Notes under the pieces: model-generated
The model's input: the letters and a program-made list of their open reading frames with translations, nothing else
Database searches by the model: none
Told to the model about the DNA's origin: nothing
In this document: piece after piece, positions 30,992 through 43,200 of the stretch
Position numbering within the stretch: the first letter of the stretch is position 1
Layout: each line of letters begins with the position of its first letter
Virus record (IMG/VR): IMGVR_UViG_3300042883_001293
DNA from: a virus
Lineage: Duplodnaviria > Caudoviricetes
Length of the DNA stretch: 64,000 nt
Direction: 5' to 3' (one strand)
Program-made: the position numbers and the translations under genes

Positions 30992-31599
30992 GTTACTTCC
31001 TGGATGTCAACGAAGAATGGAATCAAATAAACCCTAAAGACATCTGGGCATACAATAAATTATCATTGAGTCGGATTTTGGAGTATCAATGTGGTCCTAC
31101 AGGCACCACAGTTCCAAAGTCCGACTTTTATATTGTCCGTCCATGCATTAATTTGCTTGGTATGGGTCGTTTGTCTCGTAAAGAATGGATAGAAGATAAG
31201 ACTAATCACTTTCACCCTTCGGAATTTTGGTGTGAAATCTTTCAAGGACCACATTTAAGCGTTGATTTTTATGAAAAAAAGTCAAAATTGGTGGTTTTAG
31301 GTGAAAAAAATGCTGATGATCCATTATACAAGTGGCGTAAATGGACTAGAATAGATGTAGAAGTAGATTTTCCTTCAATTTTATGCGATTTGGTTGGTAA
31401 TTATGAATGGATTAATTGTGAATTTATTGGAAATCACTTAATTGAAGTGCAATTTCGCCAAAATCCCGACTTTCGTTATGGAAATTCAGTCGCAATTCCT
31501 ATTTGGGAGAAAAAACACATTAAAAATATTCAAAATTATAAATTTATAAATGATAATGAGTACGATGCTTATTTAAGAAAAGGATTTTATGTCGATTAA
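30988..31599 (+). CDS. hypothetical protein, possibly ATP-grasp-like
   Basis: YIVRPCINLLGMG...FWCEIFQGPHLSVDF...NCEFIGNHLIEVQFR. Confidence 0.6.
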   Translation: MSYFLDVNEEWNQINPKDIWAYNKLSLSRILEYQCGPTGTTVPKSDFYIVRPCINLLGMGRLSRKEWIEDKTNHFHPSEFWCEIFQGPHLSVDFYEKKSKLVVLGEKNADDPLYKWRKWTRIDVEVDFPSILCDLVGNYEWINCEFIGNHLIEVQFRQNPDFRYGNSVAIPIWEKKHIKNIQNYKFINDNEYDAYLRKGFYVD

Positions 31600-31651
31600 G
31601 GGATAGAAACCCCTTAAAAAGTTCTGATATTAACCTTTTAGAACAAAAACA

Positions 31652-31903
31652 ATGGCAATCAATCCAAATCCAGACAGAAATTCTGATTATATGTACAAAA
31701 TGTGGGGAACAACGAAATTAGTAACAGATTATGATATGCTTGATGGTAAAAAAGTCATTCAAGAAATTATGCATGACGAAATTCCGACAAAAAAACACCA
31801 TTTGAAAGAGCAATCTCAACTTCATAAAACAATTCGTAATGATGAAAACTATGACGATTGGGAGTACGGAACGGAACCAAATTATGGAGAAACTTGGGCA
31901 TAA
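31652..31903 (+). CDS. hypothetical protein
   Basis: 83 aa ORF. Confidence 0.75.
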   Translation: MAINPNPDRNSDYMYKMWGTTKLVTDYDMLDGKKVIQEIMHDEIPTKKHHLKEQSQLHKTIRNDENYDDWEYGTEPNYGETWA

Positions 31904-31906
31904 ATA
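31900..31906 (+). promoter_or_regulatory. late promoter
   Basis: ATAAATA upstream of gp25. Confidence 0.7.
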
Positions 31907-31933
31907 AAATTAATGTAAAGTCTTGTTTGATAA

Positions 31934-32338
31934 GTGGCACAGGTACAGAGAATATCTCAATCATTTAAAGACATTAGTTTATCTCTTGATGTGCATCCAA
32001 TTACAAAGGATCTTTTAATATTAAAGGATTCCGATGCAATTAAAAGATCAATACGAAATTTAATACAGACAATTCCAGGAGAAAGATTTTTTAATTCTTC
32101 TTTTGGATCTCAACTTAGGACAAGTTTATTTGATTTCGTAGATTTTGGTACTGCATCTGTGCTACAACAACAAATTGAAATTGCAATTTCAAATTATGAA
32201 CCAAGAGTTGAAAATGTAGAGGTTGAAGTTATTCCAAGACCTAATGACAATAACTTTGAAATTACAGTCTACTTTGATATTATCGGACAAGACTTTCCAG
32301 CTCAAGAATTCAATTACATTTTAGAGGCAACAAGATAA
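31934..32338 (+). CDS. gp25: baseplate wedge subunit gp25
   Basis: DAIKRSIRNLIQT..GERFFN..FGS...YEPRV. Confidence 0.92.
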   Translation: MAQVQRISQSFKDISLSLDVHPITKDLLILKDSDAIKRSIRNLIQTIPGERFFNSSFGSQLRTSLFDFVDFGTASVLQQQIEIAISNYEPRVENVEVEVIPRPNDNNFEITVYFDIIGQDFPAQEFNYILEATR

Positions 32339-32339
32339 A

Positions 32340-34202
32340 ATGCCTTTTACCAAATTCACAAACCTAGATTTTGACCAAATAAAGACATCCATTAAGGATT
32401 ATCTCCGTGCTAACTCCAATTTCACGGATTATGACTTTGAGGGATCAAATTTTTCTGTTCTTATTGATACTCTTGCATATAATACTTACATAACGGCATT
32501 TAACTCAAACATGGCGGTAAATGAATCCTTTTTGGATTCTGCCACAGTAAGAGAAAATGTGGTTTCTCTCGCAAGAAACGTTGGTTATGTTCCAAGATCA
32601 AGAACCACGGCAAAAGCAACAATATCATTTTCAATAGAAACTTCAAGTACAGAAGCTCAACTTATTTTAAAAGCAGGTTTAGTTTGTGTAGGTAACGTAG
32701 ATAATAGTTCTTATGTTTTTTCTGTTCCAGAAGACATTACTGCACCCATTATCAATGGAATTGCAACTTTCAGCAACATTGAAGTTCATCAAGGAGTATA
32801 TTTAACAAAACAGTTTACTATTGATAATTCAATCAATCAAAGATTTGTTTTAGATAATTCTAATATTGATACTAATACATTAGTTGTAAAAGTTGGAACA
32901 AGAGAATATAGAAAAATAGATAATATTTTAAACTTAGACGGAGATTCTGAAATATATTTAATTCAAGAAATTACTGATGAAAAATATGAACTTTTATTTG
33001 GCGATGGTATATTAGGAAAAAAACTTACAAGTGGAGAAACAATAAGAGTAAGTTATATCACCACAGATGGAAGAGAAGGTAATGGACCTTCCTTATTTTC
33101 TTACTCGGGGACAACTGTAGATTCTCTTGATAGAGTTGTATATCCAACAAATACTGTTTCTATAACAACTAATATAAGAGCAAATGGCGGTGGTGATATA
33201 GAACCAATTGAATCAATAAAGTATTTTGCACCGAGAGTCTATTCTTCACAATATCGAGCGGTAACTTCAATCGATTATGAAGCAATTATTCAAAAAATTT
33301 ATCCAGATACAGAATCAGTTTCTGTAGTTGGTGGTGAAGAATTAGATCCTCCACAATATGGAAATGTATTGATTAGTATCAAACCTAAAAATGGAACGAC
33401 TCTTTCAGATTTTACCAAAACTAGAATTTTAACAGACTTAAAAAAATATTCTGTATCTGGAATTAATCAACAACTTATAGATCTTAAATTACTTTATGTT
33501 GAAATTGAAAGTTATGTTTATTACAATTCTTCTTTGGCATCGAATGCTAACGATGTGAAAACTAAAATATTATCTACTTTAAGTAAATATGCAAAATCTA
33601 TAGATTTAAATAAATTTGGTGGAAGATTTAAATATAGTAAAACACTACAAATAATTGATAATGTAGATTCTTCAATAACGTCGAATATTACTCGCGTTAA
33701 AATGAGAAGAAATATGAATTGTGTTTTAAATACTTTTGCACAGTACGAAATATGCTTTGGGAACAAGTTTCATAAAAATATAGGTGGTTATACGATAAAA
33801 AGCACAGGATTTAAAATATTAGGAGATCAAGACACTGTTTATTTTGTTGACGTGCCAATTGAAAATAGTAATGTAGGAACACTTTCAATTGTAAAACCTA
33901 ATGAAGATTTTACAAATTATCAAATTGTTAAAAAATCAATAGGAACCGTAGATTATGTTAAAGGAGAAATCATAGTAAATACGATAAATGTTGTATCTAC
34001 AGAGTTAGATAATGGTGTTATAGAGATTCAAGCATATCCCGAATCTAACGATATTGTTGGATTAAAAGATCTTTATTTAATTTTTGATATTTCAAAAAGC
34101 ACCATAAATATGGTAAAAGATACTATTGCGTCTGGTGATAAAATATCTGGTGTAGACTTCTTAGTAACTTCAAGCTATTCAAACGGAAAAATAACGAGGT
34201 AA
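32340..34202 (+). CDS. gp6: baseplate wedge subunit gp6
   Basis: LDFDQIK...DYDFEGSN..VLIDTLAYNT...FLDSA; RAVTSIDYE. Confidence 0.93.
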   Translation: MPFTKFTNLDFDQIKTSIKDYLRANSNFTDYDFEGSNFSVLIDTLAYNTYITAFNSNMAVNESFLDSATVRENVVSLARNVGYVPRSRTTAKATISFSIETSSTEAQLILKAGLVCVGNVDNSSYVFSVPEDITAPIINGIATFSNIEVHQGVYLTKQFTIDNSINQRFVLDNSNIDTNTLVVKVGTREYRKIDNILNLDGDSEIYLIQEITDEKYELLFGDGILGKKLTSGETIRVSYITTDGREGNGPSLFSYSGTTVDSLDRVVYPTNTVSITTNIRANGGGDIEPIESIKYFAPRVYSSQYRAVTSIDYEAIIQKIYPDTESVSVVGGEELDPPQYGNVLISIKPKNGTTLSDFTKTRILTDLKKYSVSGINQQLIDLKLLYVEIESYVYYNSSLASNANDVKTKILSTLSKYAKSIDLNKFGGRFKYSKTLQIIDNVDSSITSNITRVKMRRNMNCVLNTFAQYEICFGNKFHKNIGGYTIKSTGFKILGDQDTVYFVDVPIENSNVGTLSIVKPNEDFTNYQIVKKSIGTVDYVKGEIIVNTINVVSTELDNGVIEIQAYPESNDIVGLKDLYLIFDISKSTINMVKDTIASGDKISGVDFLVTSSYSNGKITR

Positions 34203-34203
34203 T

Positions 34204-37200
34204 ATGATTACAACTGGTTTTGATACTAGAGTAAAAATACAACAAATTGTTGAAAATCAGTTACCTGAATTTGCCTTAACGGAAAGTCCAAAACTTTCTG
34301 AATTTTTGAAGCAGTATTATGTGTCACAGGAATACCAAGGTGGTCCAGTAGACATTATAGAAAATTTAGATCAATATATTAATTTAAATAATTTAACACC
34401 AGATGTTCTTTCTGGTATAACGAGTGTAAGAACGAATATTTCTTCAACAGATAAAACAATATTTGTAAACACCACAAAAGGGTTTCCTAAAGAGTATGGA
34501 TTATTAAAAATTGATGATGAAATCATTACCTATACGGGAATAACCACAAACTCTTTCACTGGTTGTGTGAGGGGATTTAGTGCTATTTCTTCTTATAAGG
34601 ATTCTTTAAATCCGAATGAGTTAGTATTTTCTTCCACAAATTCCGAATCCCATAAAGTTAATACTAAAATTGAAAATTTAAGTGCTTTATTTTTAAAAGA
34701 ATTTTACAAAAAAATAAAAACTTTATTAGCACCGGGGTTTGAAAATTTAGATTTTGTTCCAGATCTAAATGTTAATAATTTTATTAAACAAATAAAAACA
34801 TTTTATCAATCAAAAGGAACTGATGAATCTTTTAGAATACTTTTTAATGTCTTATATGGCGTAAATCCAAAAGTTATTAATCTGGAAGATTTTCTAATAA
34901 AACCTTCTTCTAGTGAGTTTATAAGAAGAGAAATTCTAGTAACTGAAAGAATTTCCGGAGATCCAAATAAACTGGTAGGTCAAACAATTAATAGATATGA
35001 TGATTCTGCTTCTGGACCTGTTTCCGAAGTTGAACTAATAACTAGAAATAATAAAGTTTATTATAAAATTCAACTATTTGCAGGTTACAATGATAAGACT
35101 GCAATAGAAGGTCAATTCAATATAACAGGAAAAACAAAAGTAATTGATTCAGTTTCAATTGGTTCTTCTAGTATTACAGTTGATTCAACAATTGGATTCC
35201 CAGAATCTGGAGTTTTATATTGTGGTGACAATGTAATTACATATTCAGATAAATCTATTAATCAATTTTTTGGTTGCTCCGGAATTACAGAAACAATAGG
35301 TTCAGCAGATGAAATTAGGTCTAATGATACAATATACGGTTATGAAAATGGAGATTTAAATAAAAAAGTAGAATTAAGAGTGACAGGTGTACTTTCTGAT
35401 CTAGAAGGTAAAGAAGACGCATTTCTTTTTTCTAAAGGAGATACTATTCAAATAAAAAGTATTGGTGAAAAAATAAAAAATCCAACTGGATCAAAAACTT
35501 ATAAAGAAGAAGTATTTAATTCTTGGATTTATAATACTTCTTCTAGATATGAAATTGAGTCTTTTTCTAATAATACGATAGATTTATTTGAAATTCCAGA
35601 TAAGTCAAGTTTAAAGATTGGAGATATAGTAGATATTTTAGATAGAAATTCTGAGGGCATAATTTTAAGTAGTGCTACAGTTTTGAGTATTAATTTGAAA
35701 AGAGTAATATTAAACTTAAGTATTACTGGTATCAATTTAACCAGGGAATTAAGTCTTAGAAGAAAATTAAGATATGCTTTTAGTTCTGGTGTACCGTTAA
35801 AGTATTCTAACATAACTTCTAATATACAAAATACTTACATTGAAGAAAATAATTATATTGGTGTTGCCGCAAATTCTCTACCAGATTATTCGATAGGAAT
35901 TAATTATTTACGTTCTTCTATAAACATAACTCCCTCTTCAAATTTAACTAATATATTCCAAGGATATGATGAGGGAGATTTAACATACTCAATTATATCT
36001 TTTTCTGAAAATGTTTCATTTATTGATGGTGATGCTGTTGTTTATTCTGGATCTAAAAATCCATTAAACAATTTAACATTCGGTAGAACTTACTATGTTC
36101 AAGTTTTAGTTGATGGAACCTCAAAAAATAAAATACGTCTTTACAATTCAAGATCTTTTATAGGAACTAATAATTATATTAAATTTGAACTAATTGAAGA
36201 TTACAGTGGAACACACACATTTACATTAGAATATCAATATGGAAAAGTTATTGAACCTAAAAAACATTTTATAAAACTACCATTACAACAAAACATAGAA
36301 TCCGGAACTAATATTTCTACACCAGTTGGATCTACTGGTATTTTAATAAATGGCGTGGACATTGTAAATTATAAATCAAACGACAAAATTTATTTTGGTC
36401 CATTACAAGAATTAAAAATTTATAATTCTGGAACAGACTATGATGTAATAAATCCACCAAAAATTAGCATTTCTTCTCCGGGAGTTGGGATAGGATCTAC
36501 TGCATATGCAGATGCTGTTATCAGTGGATCTATAAAGGAAGTGATAGTAGATCCTAATGAAGTGGATTTGGTAAGAGTTGTCTCTATAAATGTTTTGGGT
36601 GGGAATGGTACAGGATCCGTATTAGAACCTGTTTTAGAAAAAACTTTTAGGGAAATTGAATTTAATGGGCAAGTATCAACCCTTGGTGGTGGAATAAGCA
36701 TAGATAATGATACTATTACATTTTTAAAAAGTCATAATTTAAAAACTGGGACTCCAATTGTTTACAGTAATAATGGAAATAACTCTATTGGAATAGGATC
36801 TTTTGGTGGATCAAATACAAATCAAAATTTATATTTACTTAATGGTGAAACTTATTATCCCGAAATAATTAATACCAGAGCAATAAAATTATATCAAACT
36901 ATTTCAGATTTAAATACTGGTATTAATACTGTAGGATTTACTACAATTAATACCGGAGGAACACACAAATTTAGACTTTTAGAAGGAAAAACTGTATTAA
37001 AGGAAGTCAAAGTTATTAATGAAGGTATTGGATATGAAAATAGATCCCTGAAAGTTAATTATTCTGGAATTTCAACTATCAATCATACCATAACCTTCTT
37101 CAATCACAACTTTAAAGATGGTGATTTGGTTGAATATCAATCAACAGAAACACCTATTTCAGGTCTAAGTACAGAAAAACAGTATTATATTTTAAAGGTT

Positions 37201-40200
37201 GATAATAATTCATTTAGAGTTTCTGATGCTGGATATGTTGGAGTTGGTGCTGCAAAAACTGATTACTTAAGAAAAAAATATGTAAAATTTGAAAGCATCG
37301 GATCAGGATATCAAATATTCTCATATCCAAAAATTAAATTATCATTAAATGTTGAATATGCTGGGTTCATAGGCACAATAACTGCAACACCAGTAGTTCG
37401 TGGAAAATTAACTGATTGTTATCTATATGATAGCGGATCACAATACGGATCAAAAATTTTAAATTTCCACAAAAAACCAAAGGTATCTGTAGTAAATGGT
37501 ACTAATGCCCAGATAAAACCAATTGTAAGTAAAGGAAAAATCATTGGCGTTGAACTACAAAATGGGGGCAAAGGATATTATTCTGTTCCAGATTTAGTTA
37601 TAAAAGGAAATGGTATTGGTGCAAAGTTAAGAGCCGTTATTTCAAATGGATCGATAGTTAAAGTTATAATTATTAACCAGGGAATAAATTATGATAAAAA
37701 GAATACTTCTATAGTGGTAATTTCTGCAGGAAGAAATGCTATCATAGATTCTTTTGTAAAACCTTTATCTGTTAATAACTTTAGCAGATTTTCCAATGAA
37801 ATGCTACAAGAATTTAATAATAACTTATCATATGGCATAGTTGGATATTCCTCAATAACTCAAGGTAATTCTTTTATAGATCCAGACCCAGATACAAATC
37901 ATTCTAGAATCATTGGTTGGGCATATGACGGAAATCCAATTTATGGACCATTTGGATTTTCTGATCCCAATGATAATAATTCACAAATAAAAAGATTAGA
38001 AACTGGATATATTTTGGATGTAAATTCAGTAAATAGTAGACCTTCTGTTAATGAATTTGAAGGAGGATTTTTTGTAGAAGATTATAGATTTAATAATGGT
38101 GGTGATCTAGATATTCATAATGGAAGATTTGCAAAGACTCCGGAATTTCCACAAGGAATTTATGCTTATTATGTAGGATTAACTACAGATTTTACTACTA
38201 ATACTTTAGTTCCCAAATTCCCATATTTTATAGGAAATTCATATAGATCAAGTTTGGAAAATACAAGCATATTAGACCAATCTTTTGATTTTAATTCTAC
38301 AAAATTGGTAAGAAATACTTTTCCATATAGATTAAATGAATCAAATTCTGGTAATGATTTTATAGATGAAGCGAATGATACGACAAATCAAATTTCAATT
38401 GTAAATTCTACTACTACGGGAAAAATTGAAGAAATAGAGATAAAAAATTCTGGCGAAAATTACAAAGTAAATGAAAATATTACCTTTGATACAAGTAGGT
38501 CTGGTGGAGGAGGATCTTCTGCCATTGTTAAAAGTATTAAAGGAAAAGAAATATACGATTTACAAACAACATACCAAAAATATGAAAATGTTGTATTTTC
38601 TTGGTTAGACGAAAATAATGTTTTAGTAACAGTAAAACCATATCATAATTTAATAAATGGAGATAATGTAGAAGTATCTGGATTATCTACTTATATTAAA
38701 AATTTAAACGGGTTTAAGATAGTTGGAGTTTCTTCTATCGTAACAAGTTTAGCAAGTTCAATTTCGCAAAATGCAACTTCTGGAATTATTACAGATATAA
38801 AATTATCTTCCCCAATACCACAATTAAGTATAGGGAGTACCATTGGTGTAGGAACAGAAACTTTTTCTGTTCTTAATATTTTTAATCCAGAAAATGTTTT
38901 ACGAGTTCGTAGAGGAGTGTCTGCTGGACATTCTGAAGGTTCTATGGTTACTCATTACTCAAATACTTTTGAAGTAACTACAAAAACTCCATATTTTAAT
39001 TCAAAAGTCAATGATATTGTATATTTCAATCCTAATATTTCTGTAGGTTTGGGCACAGAAATAGGAAAAAATACAACTGTTACTTTCCCAATAGGAAATT
39101 CTAATAAAATAATATCAGTACCTAATCAAAATATATACGTTCCAAATCATCCATTTAAGGATAATCAAAGAGTATTACTTTCAATACCTTCTTCATCTAC
39201 AGCATTAGTAGTTAAAAATACTCCGTCAAGTTCCACATTTAGTTTACCTTTAAGTGGAAGTAGTCAATATGTTTATATAATTAATAAATCTAAAGATTTT
39301 ATTGGAATAGTTACTCAAGTTGGACTTACTTCTTCAACAAATGGATTATATTTTACAAATAATGGATCTGATAATTATCAATATAAATTAGAATCAGATT
39401 TTAGCCAAATTACAGGAACTATTAAAAAAGTTGAAACAAAAGTTTCATTATCAACTTATCATAGTTTATCTTATGGGGATAATATTCAATTAACAGTAAA
39501 ACCAAACACATCCGTTGGTATTGGAACTTCTTTAAGTGTAAAATTAAAGTACAATCAAGTATATGATAAATTATTAGTTAATCCTATTGGTTTTACTTCT
39601 ACTGTTGTAAACATTAATACGAATTCATTTGAAATATCACAACATAATTTAAAAACGGGAGATAAAATTTTATATACCTCTCAAGATTTAGTTTGTAGTG
39701 GATTATCGAGTGGTGGATATTTTGTACTTAGAAATAATGATAACTCAATTAGTTTATGTGATACTTATGTGGACTCAATTTCTAATCCTCCAAATATAGT
39801 AAGTATTGCTAGCACAGGAGGAAGTAAACAAGAAATAGCATTAATAAATCCACAAATAACTTTCTTTAGAAATAATAATCTAATTTTTGATACCACAGAT
39901 TCTAGTTTACTTAATTGCGATTTAAAAGTATTTTATGATAAAACTTTAAGTAATCAATTTATTTCTATAGGCAAAACGGAGACATTTTTAATTGAAAAGA
40001 CGGGAATAATTGGAATAGGAACAATCTTAAGTGAATCAAATATTAAATTATCTTATAATGACGAAATACCAACTAAGTTGTATTATTCAATTGAAAAAAA
40101 TGGTACATTAATTTCTCAGGACAACGAAGTTAATAATTATTCGGAAATTTTATATGATAATAGTTTTTATAATGGATCATACAACGTTTATGGAATAGGA

Positions 40201-43200
40201 TCTACAACTTTTAATATTACTTTGAAAAATATTCCAGAAAAACTATCTTATTTAAAATCGGAGTGTTTTGATTTATCATATACCACAAATTCCAATTCTG
40301 ATGTTGGTCCAATAGATAAAATATCAATAATTTCTGGTGGATTTGGATATCGTAGTCTTCCAGCATTTACAGGAATTTCTACTCTATCTTCTGGTAAAAA
40401 TGCTATTATAAAATCAAAATCAACATCCATAGGAAAAATAAATGATCTTAGAATTATTAACGAAGGTTTTGAATATTCATCTGATAAGACATTAAGACCT
40501 AAAGCAGAAGTTCCAAAGGTTTTGCAGTTAAACAATACAGATAAAATAACTTCAGTTTCTGTTTTAGACGGAGGAAGAAATTTCTTATCTGCTCCTATTT
40601 TAGAAATTGTAAATAACTATACTAGAAAAAAAGTAAATAGTGGTTTATTAAAACCAGTTGTAAAAAGCAGTTCTGTTGTATCGGTTGAAGTTATTGAAGA
40701 ACCTTTAGGTCTTCAATCGGTAGATCATACTATCTTCACGATTAATAATAGCAATGGAGTTCAAGTTTCTAGAATTCTTTCATATACAAATGGAATTGTA
40801 GAATGTGAACTATTAACACCAGCTATCGATGGATTTTTAACGCCACCTTTTGAATCTGGTGATAATATATTTGTAGAAGGTTTAAGAAAACAAACATTCA
40901 CTAATGAAATTGGAATTAGCTCATCTCCAGGAAATGGATTTAACTCTCAAGATCATGGATACAACTTTTTTAAAGTAATAGAATTTATAAATTCAAATCC
41001 AGCAGTATTGAAATATAGTATAAGTGACTTTACTAATAACGCTGGTGTTCCTGTAGAAATACAAAATACTTTTAATTCAATTGTAAATCAAAAGAATTAT
41101 CCTATATTTAAAATAACAACAGTTTTAGGAGAGTTTTATGAAAATGAAAAATTATTAGTTAATGGAAATGAAACAGATCTAATCGTAAAATCAAAAAATT
41201 ATGATATTATTAAAGTAACTGGCGACTATCCAATTTCTGCTGAAGACACCATATATGGTCAATTCTCTGGAAATGCAGCAACAGTTAGTTCTATAAATTT
41301 ATTTGAAAGATATTTTAATGTAGATTATTCAAATAAGAGAAATTTTGATTGGAAAAATGACATTGGAAAATTAAACAATGAAACTCAAGTAATACAAAAT
41401 AGTGATTATTACCAGTCACTTTCTTATACTATTAAAAGTCCAATATCTTATGAGGAATCAAAAGATCCTGTAAGTAGAATAGTTCATCCAGTTGGAATGA
41501 AAAATTTTGCTGATATGGATATATTTTCGAACAGTAATGTTTCAATTGCGGCAACTCAAAATCTTTTACAAGTTCTTGATTTTATATCTGAAGAAAGAGT
41601 AGATACAATTAGAAATTTTGATTTGGTAGTTGACTATGAACCTTCTGAAAACTATTCAAATTATATAAAATTTAGAAGTAAAAAATTAGCAGACTACATT
41701 GAGTGTAGATCCAATAGAGTTTTACAAATTGATGATATTAGTGGAAGATTTTCTAGCCAAGAATTTAATAGAGATGATTTTGTTGAAGCTTTTGAATATC
41801 CTATTACTGATTTCTATTCTAAGTTTTTAGTCCAAGTTCACGATGAGGATAAAACAAGTTACCAAATAAGTGAGATAGTTATTCTTAATAATTTCGATAA
41901 TACATTTACACTTAATAAATCAGATTTATATACTTTAGAAAAATTAGGAGATTTTACTGGAGATTTCGGAGATCCAGGAGATCCTGTTTTAAGATTTACA
42001 CCAGCAGATCCATACACGACAAATTATAATATTAAAATTTTCAGAGAAAGTTTTTCTCCAAACCCATTCAATATTGGAGTAGGTTTTACTGAAATAGGAT
42101 TTGTTAGATTATCATCAAAAACTGAAAGATTAACACCATTAACAGGAATAAAAACTGACGTTTTTAGAGCATTATCTTCTTCATATAATACAATTTACTC
42201 TAATATTTTTGTTATGAATGAAGATACTTATGATATGAATTATTTTGAAGTTGTTGGTTTTTATGATGGCGAAAATAGTTACATATCTGAATTTTATTTT
42301 GATACTTATCCTTCAATTGGAGGTTTATCGCAAGGATTTATAGGAACATTTGGATTATCTGTAGAAAGTGGAATTATCAAATTAGGATTCACAAAAAATA
42401 ATAGCGTATCAAATGCTTTAATAAAAGCAAAAGTAGTTGGATTTGGAAGTACTTCTGCTGGAATAGGAACATACACATTTTTAGTAGACGATCAACTTGA
42501 GGGATCAGAAAAAACTTCTAGATTAGAGTCAAAATATTACAATGGTTCCGGAATAACCACGTTTATATCGTATAACTCTGAAATTGAATCTAGTGTTAAA
42601 TCTCTCGTTAAGATTGGTATAGGAACCACTGTAACTTCTCTGCAGCAAGTTTTAGTAGTATCTGATCTTAATCGCGTTAACATTCAACAATACCCATTTG
42701 TATCTGTTGGTAGCACTTCAGGAATTGGAACATTTGGTGCAGTATTAGACGGTAGTATTGTAAAGGTATCATTTTATCCAGATTTGAAATATGCTACTTC
42801 GCAGTACACTATTCAAACATTTAATAATTTTATGTATTATGAGATCGATGAATTTAATATTCCAGAAGATCTGACTTATGGTACAGCGAAAGAATCATTT
42901 AATATTTCATTCTATGGTTCACTAAATGAATTTGGAAAGGATAGATTAGATTTTGATTTAAATTATGAAAGAATTCCAATTTTCGAAAAAACATTTAATC
43001 CAAAAAATTCAAATGTTTTAAATCTCGAAACTGGTGTATTTACAATTAATAATCACTTCTTCCAAACTGGAGAAGAATTAATATACACTCCAACTTCTAC
43101 ATTAACAGGTGTTCCTGCACAATCAGTTGGAATAGGATCAACATTAGTTAGTGGTGTTTCTGTAATTGGAGATATGATTGTTGGATTTGCAACTATAACG

